Below the pieces are notes generated by a model, which was not told the origin of the DNA, made no database searches, and saw nothing but the letters and a program-made list of their open reading frames with translations. A DNA stretch of 24,219 nt from the NCBI GenBank assembly GCA_015654725.1, contig JAATGI010000154.1, forward strand, positions 1-24,219, in the 5' to 3' direction. How positions within the stretch are numbered: the first letter of the stretch is position 1; each line of letters starts with the position of its first letter. Position numbers and translations under genes: made by a program. Of the stretch, positions 23,533 to 24,219 are shown piece by piece. Origin of the DNA: Rhodospirillales bacterium. GTDB lineage: Bacteria > Pseudomonadota > Alphaproteobacteria > ATCC43930 > CGMCC-115725.

Positions 23533-24219
23533 ATGAAACCGCACCAGCCCGCTGATCCGGCCGATAACGGTTTTCAGCGGCTCCTGAGCCGCGAGGTCGT
23601 GCGCAGCGAACGGCGGCGCATGCTGGATCTCGCCGGGGTCTTTGCCGTCATTCTTGCCGCCGCCTTGGCAGTTCTGGCGCTGGCACCGGGCTTCACCGCC
23701 ACGATCTTTCACGGACCGATTCCGTGGCGCCTGCCGGTTTCCGTATTCGTGCCGTTCATCGCCTATGAGCTGCTCGCGGCCGGCGTTCTCACCCGGCTGG
23801 CGCACAGGGGCCGGGCGTTTCCGACGGTGGGTCGCTTCGTCAACACCCTGATCGAAACCAGTTTCCCGACCCTGTTGATCTATCTTCTGGCGGCGGAATA
23901 TGTCGATCCGTCGGCCGCCTTCACGTCCTGGCCATCTCAGCTCTATTTCCTGTTCATTGTCCTATCGACGATGCGGCTCGATTTCGTGCTGTCGGCCTTC
24001 ACCGGCGCGGTTGCCGCCGTGGAATCGTTCGCGCTGGCCTATGTCATGCTGCACCTGACGTGGCGCGCGAGCGATCTCAACCACGGGATCGGCTTTCACC
24101 TGACGCGAAGCGTGGTGCTGCTCGGCGCCGGGCTGCTCGCGGGTACGGTCGGGCGGACGATCAAAAGCTATTTCGCCCGCGCGCTTGACGCCGCCTCGGC
24201 CCGCGACCGCGTCACCAAC
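23533..24219 (+). CDS. Membrane N-terminus of a probable adenylate/guanylate cyclase (runs off right edge)
   Basis: Not in the ORF track. Hand translation MKPHQP...SERRR, then several TM helices (IETSFPT, YFLFIVLSTMRLD..LSAFTGAVAA), ending ARDRVTN. The catalytic domain is not in the window, so the call is inferred from architecture. Confidence 0.65.
   Translation, partial: MKPHQPADPADNGFQRLLSREVVRSERRRMLDLAGVFAVILAAALAVLALAPGFTATIFHGPIPWRLPVSVFVPFIAYELLAAGVLTRLAHRGRAFPTVGRFVNTLIETSFPTLLIYLLAAEYVDPSAAFTSWPSQLYFLFIVLSTMRLDFVLSAFTGAVAAVESFALAYVMLHLTWRASDLNHGIGFHLTRSVVLLGAGLLAGTVGRTIKSYFARALDAASARDRVTN

Noticed and set aside
100-23851. Long antisense or alternate-frame track ORFs (e.g. 3056-4447-, 14024-15796-, 19841-21010+, 20863-22542-)
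   Set aside because: Shadow ORFs typical of high-GC DNA; they overlap well-supported genes and show no motifs.
6038-24219. Pycsar/CBASS-like defence system (cNMP-patatin + cyclase + TA modules)
   Set aside because: The genes are about 16 kb apart and not operonic; cNMP-patatin (NTE/RssA) and membrane cyclases are widespread, and the cyclase catalytic domain is not visible.

Overview
GC-rich bacterial chromosomal segment, probably alphaproteobacterial (inferred from gene content and CGTC-type REP elements). Left to right: a partial SYLF/Ysc84 gene; a His-phosphatase plus ABC-2 exporter; an orphan BCAA-type binding protein; a solitary pstS with a Pho-box-like promoter; an unannotated 20-aa Lys-rich ORF; a cNMP-patatin; a candidate sRNA; an SDR; gentisate 1,2-dioxygenase; a stand-alone HAD domain; an ArsR with two SRPBCC genes; a GST with a MerR-geometry promoter; two paralogous SDRs; a luciferase-like monooxygenase; lemA-TPM-TPM; nested palindromic repeats; a HigBA module between duplicated terminators; a MetE-like/DesZ-like dioxygenase/Rid operon facing a truncated ADP-forming CoA ligase; a second toxin-antitoxin pair; and the membrane N-terminus of a probable adenylate/guanylate cyclase. 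No rRNA, tRNA, CRISPR array or transposase was seen. Best leads: the histone-like micropeptide next to pstS, the possible aromatic catabolic module, the terminator-duplicated TA cassette, the anti-SD sRNA candidate and the REP elements (one nested, one in frame in a gene). All family calls are by-eye motif recognition; no database search was run.
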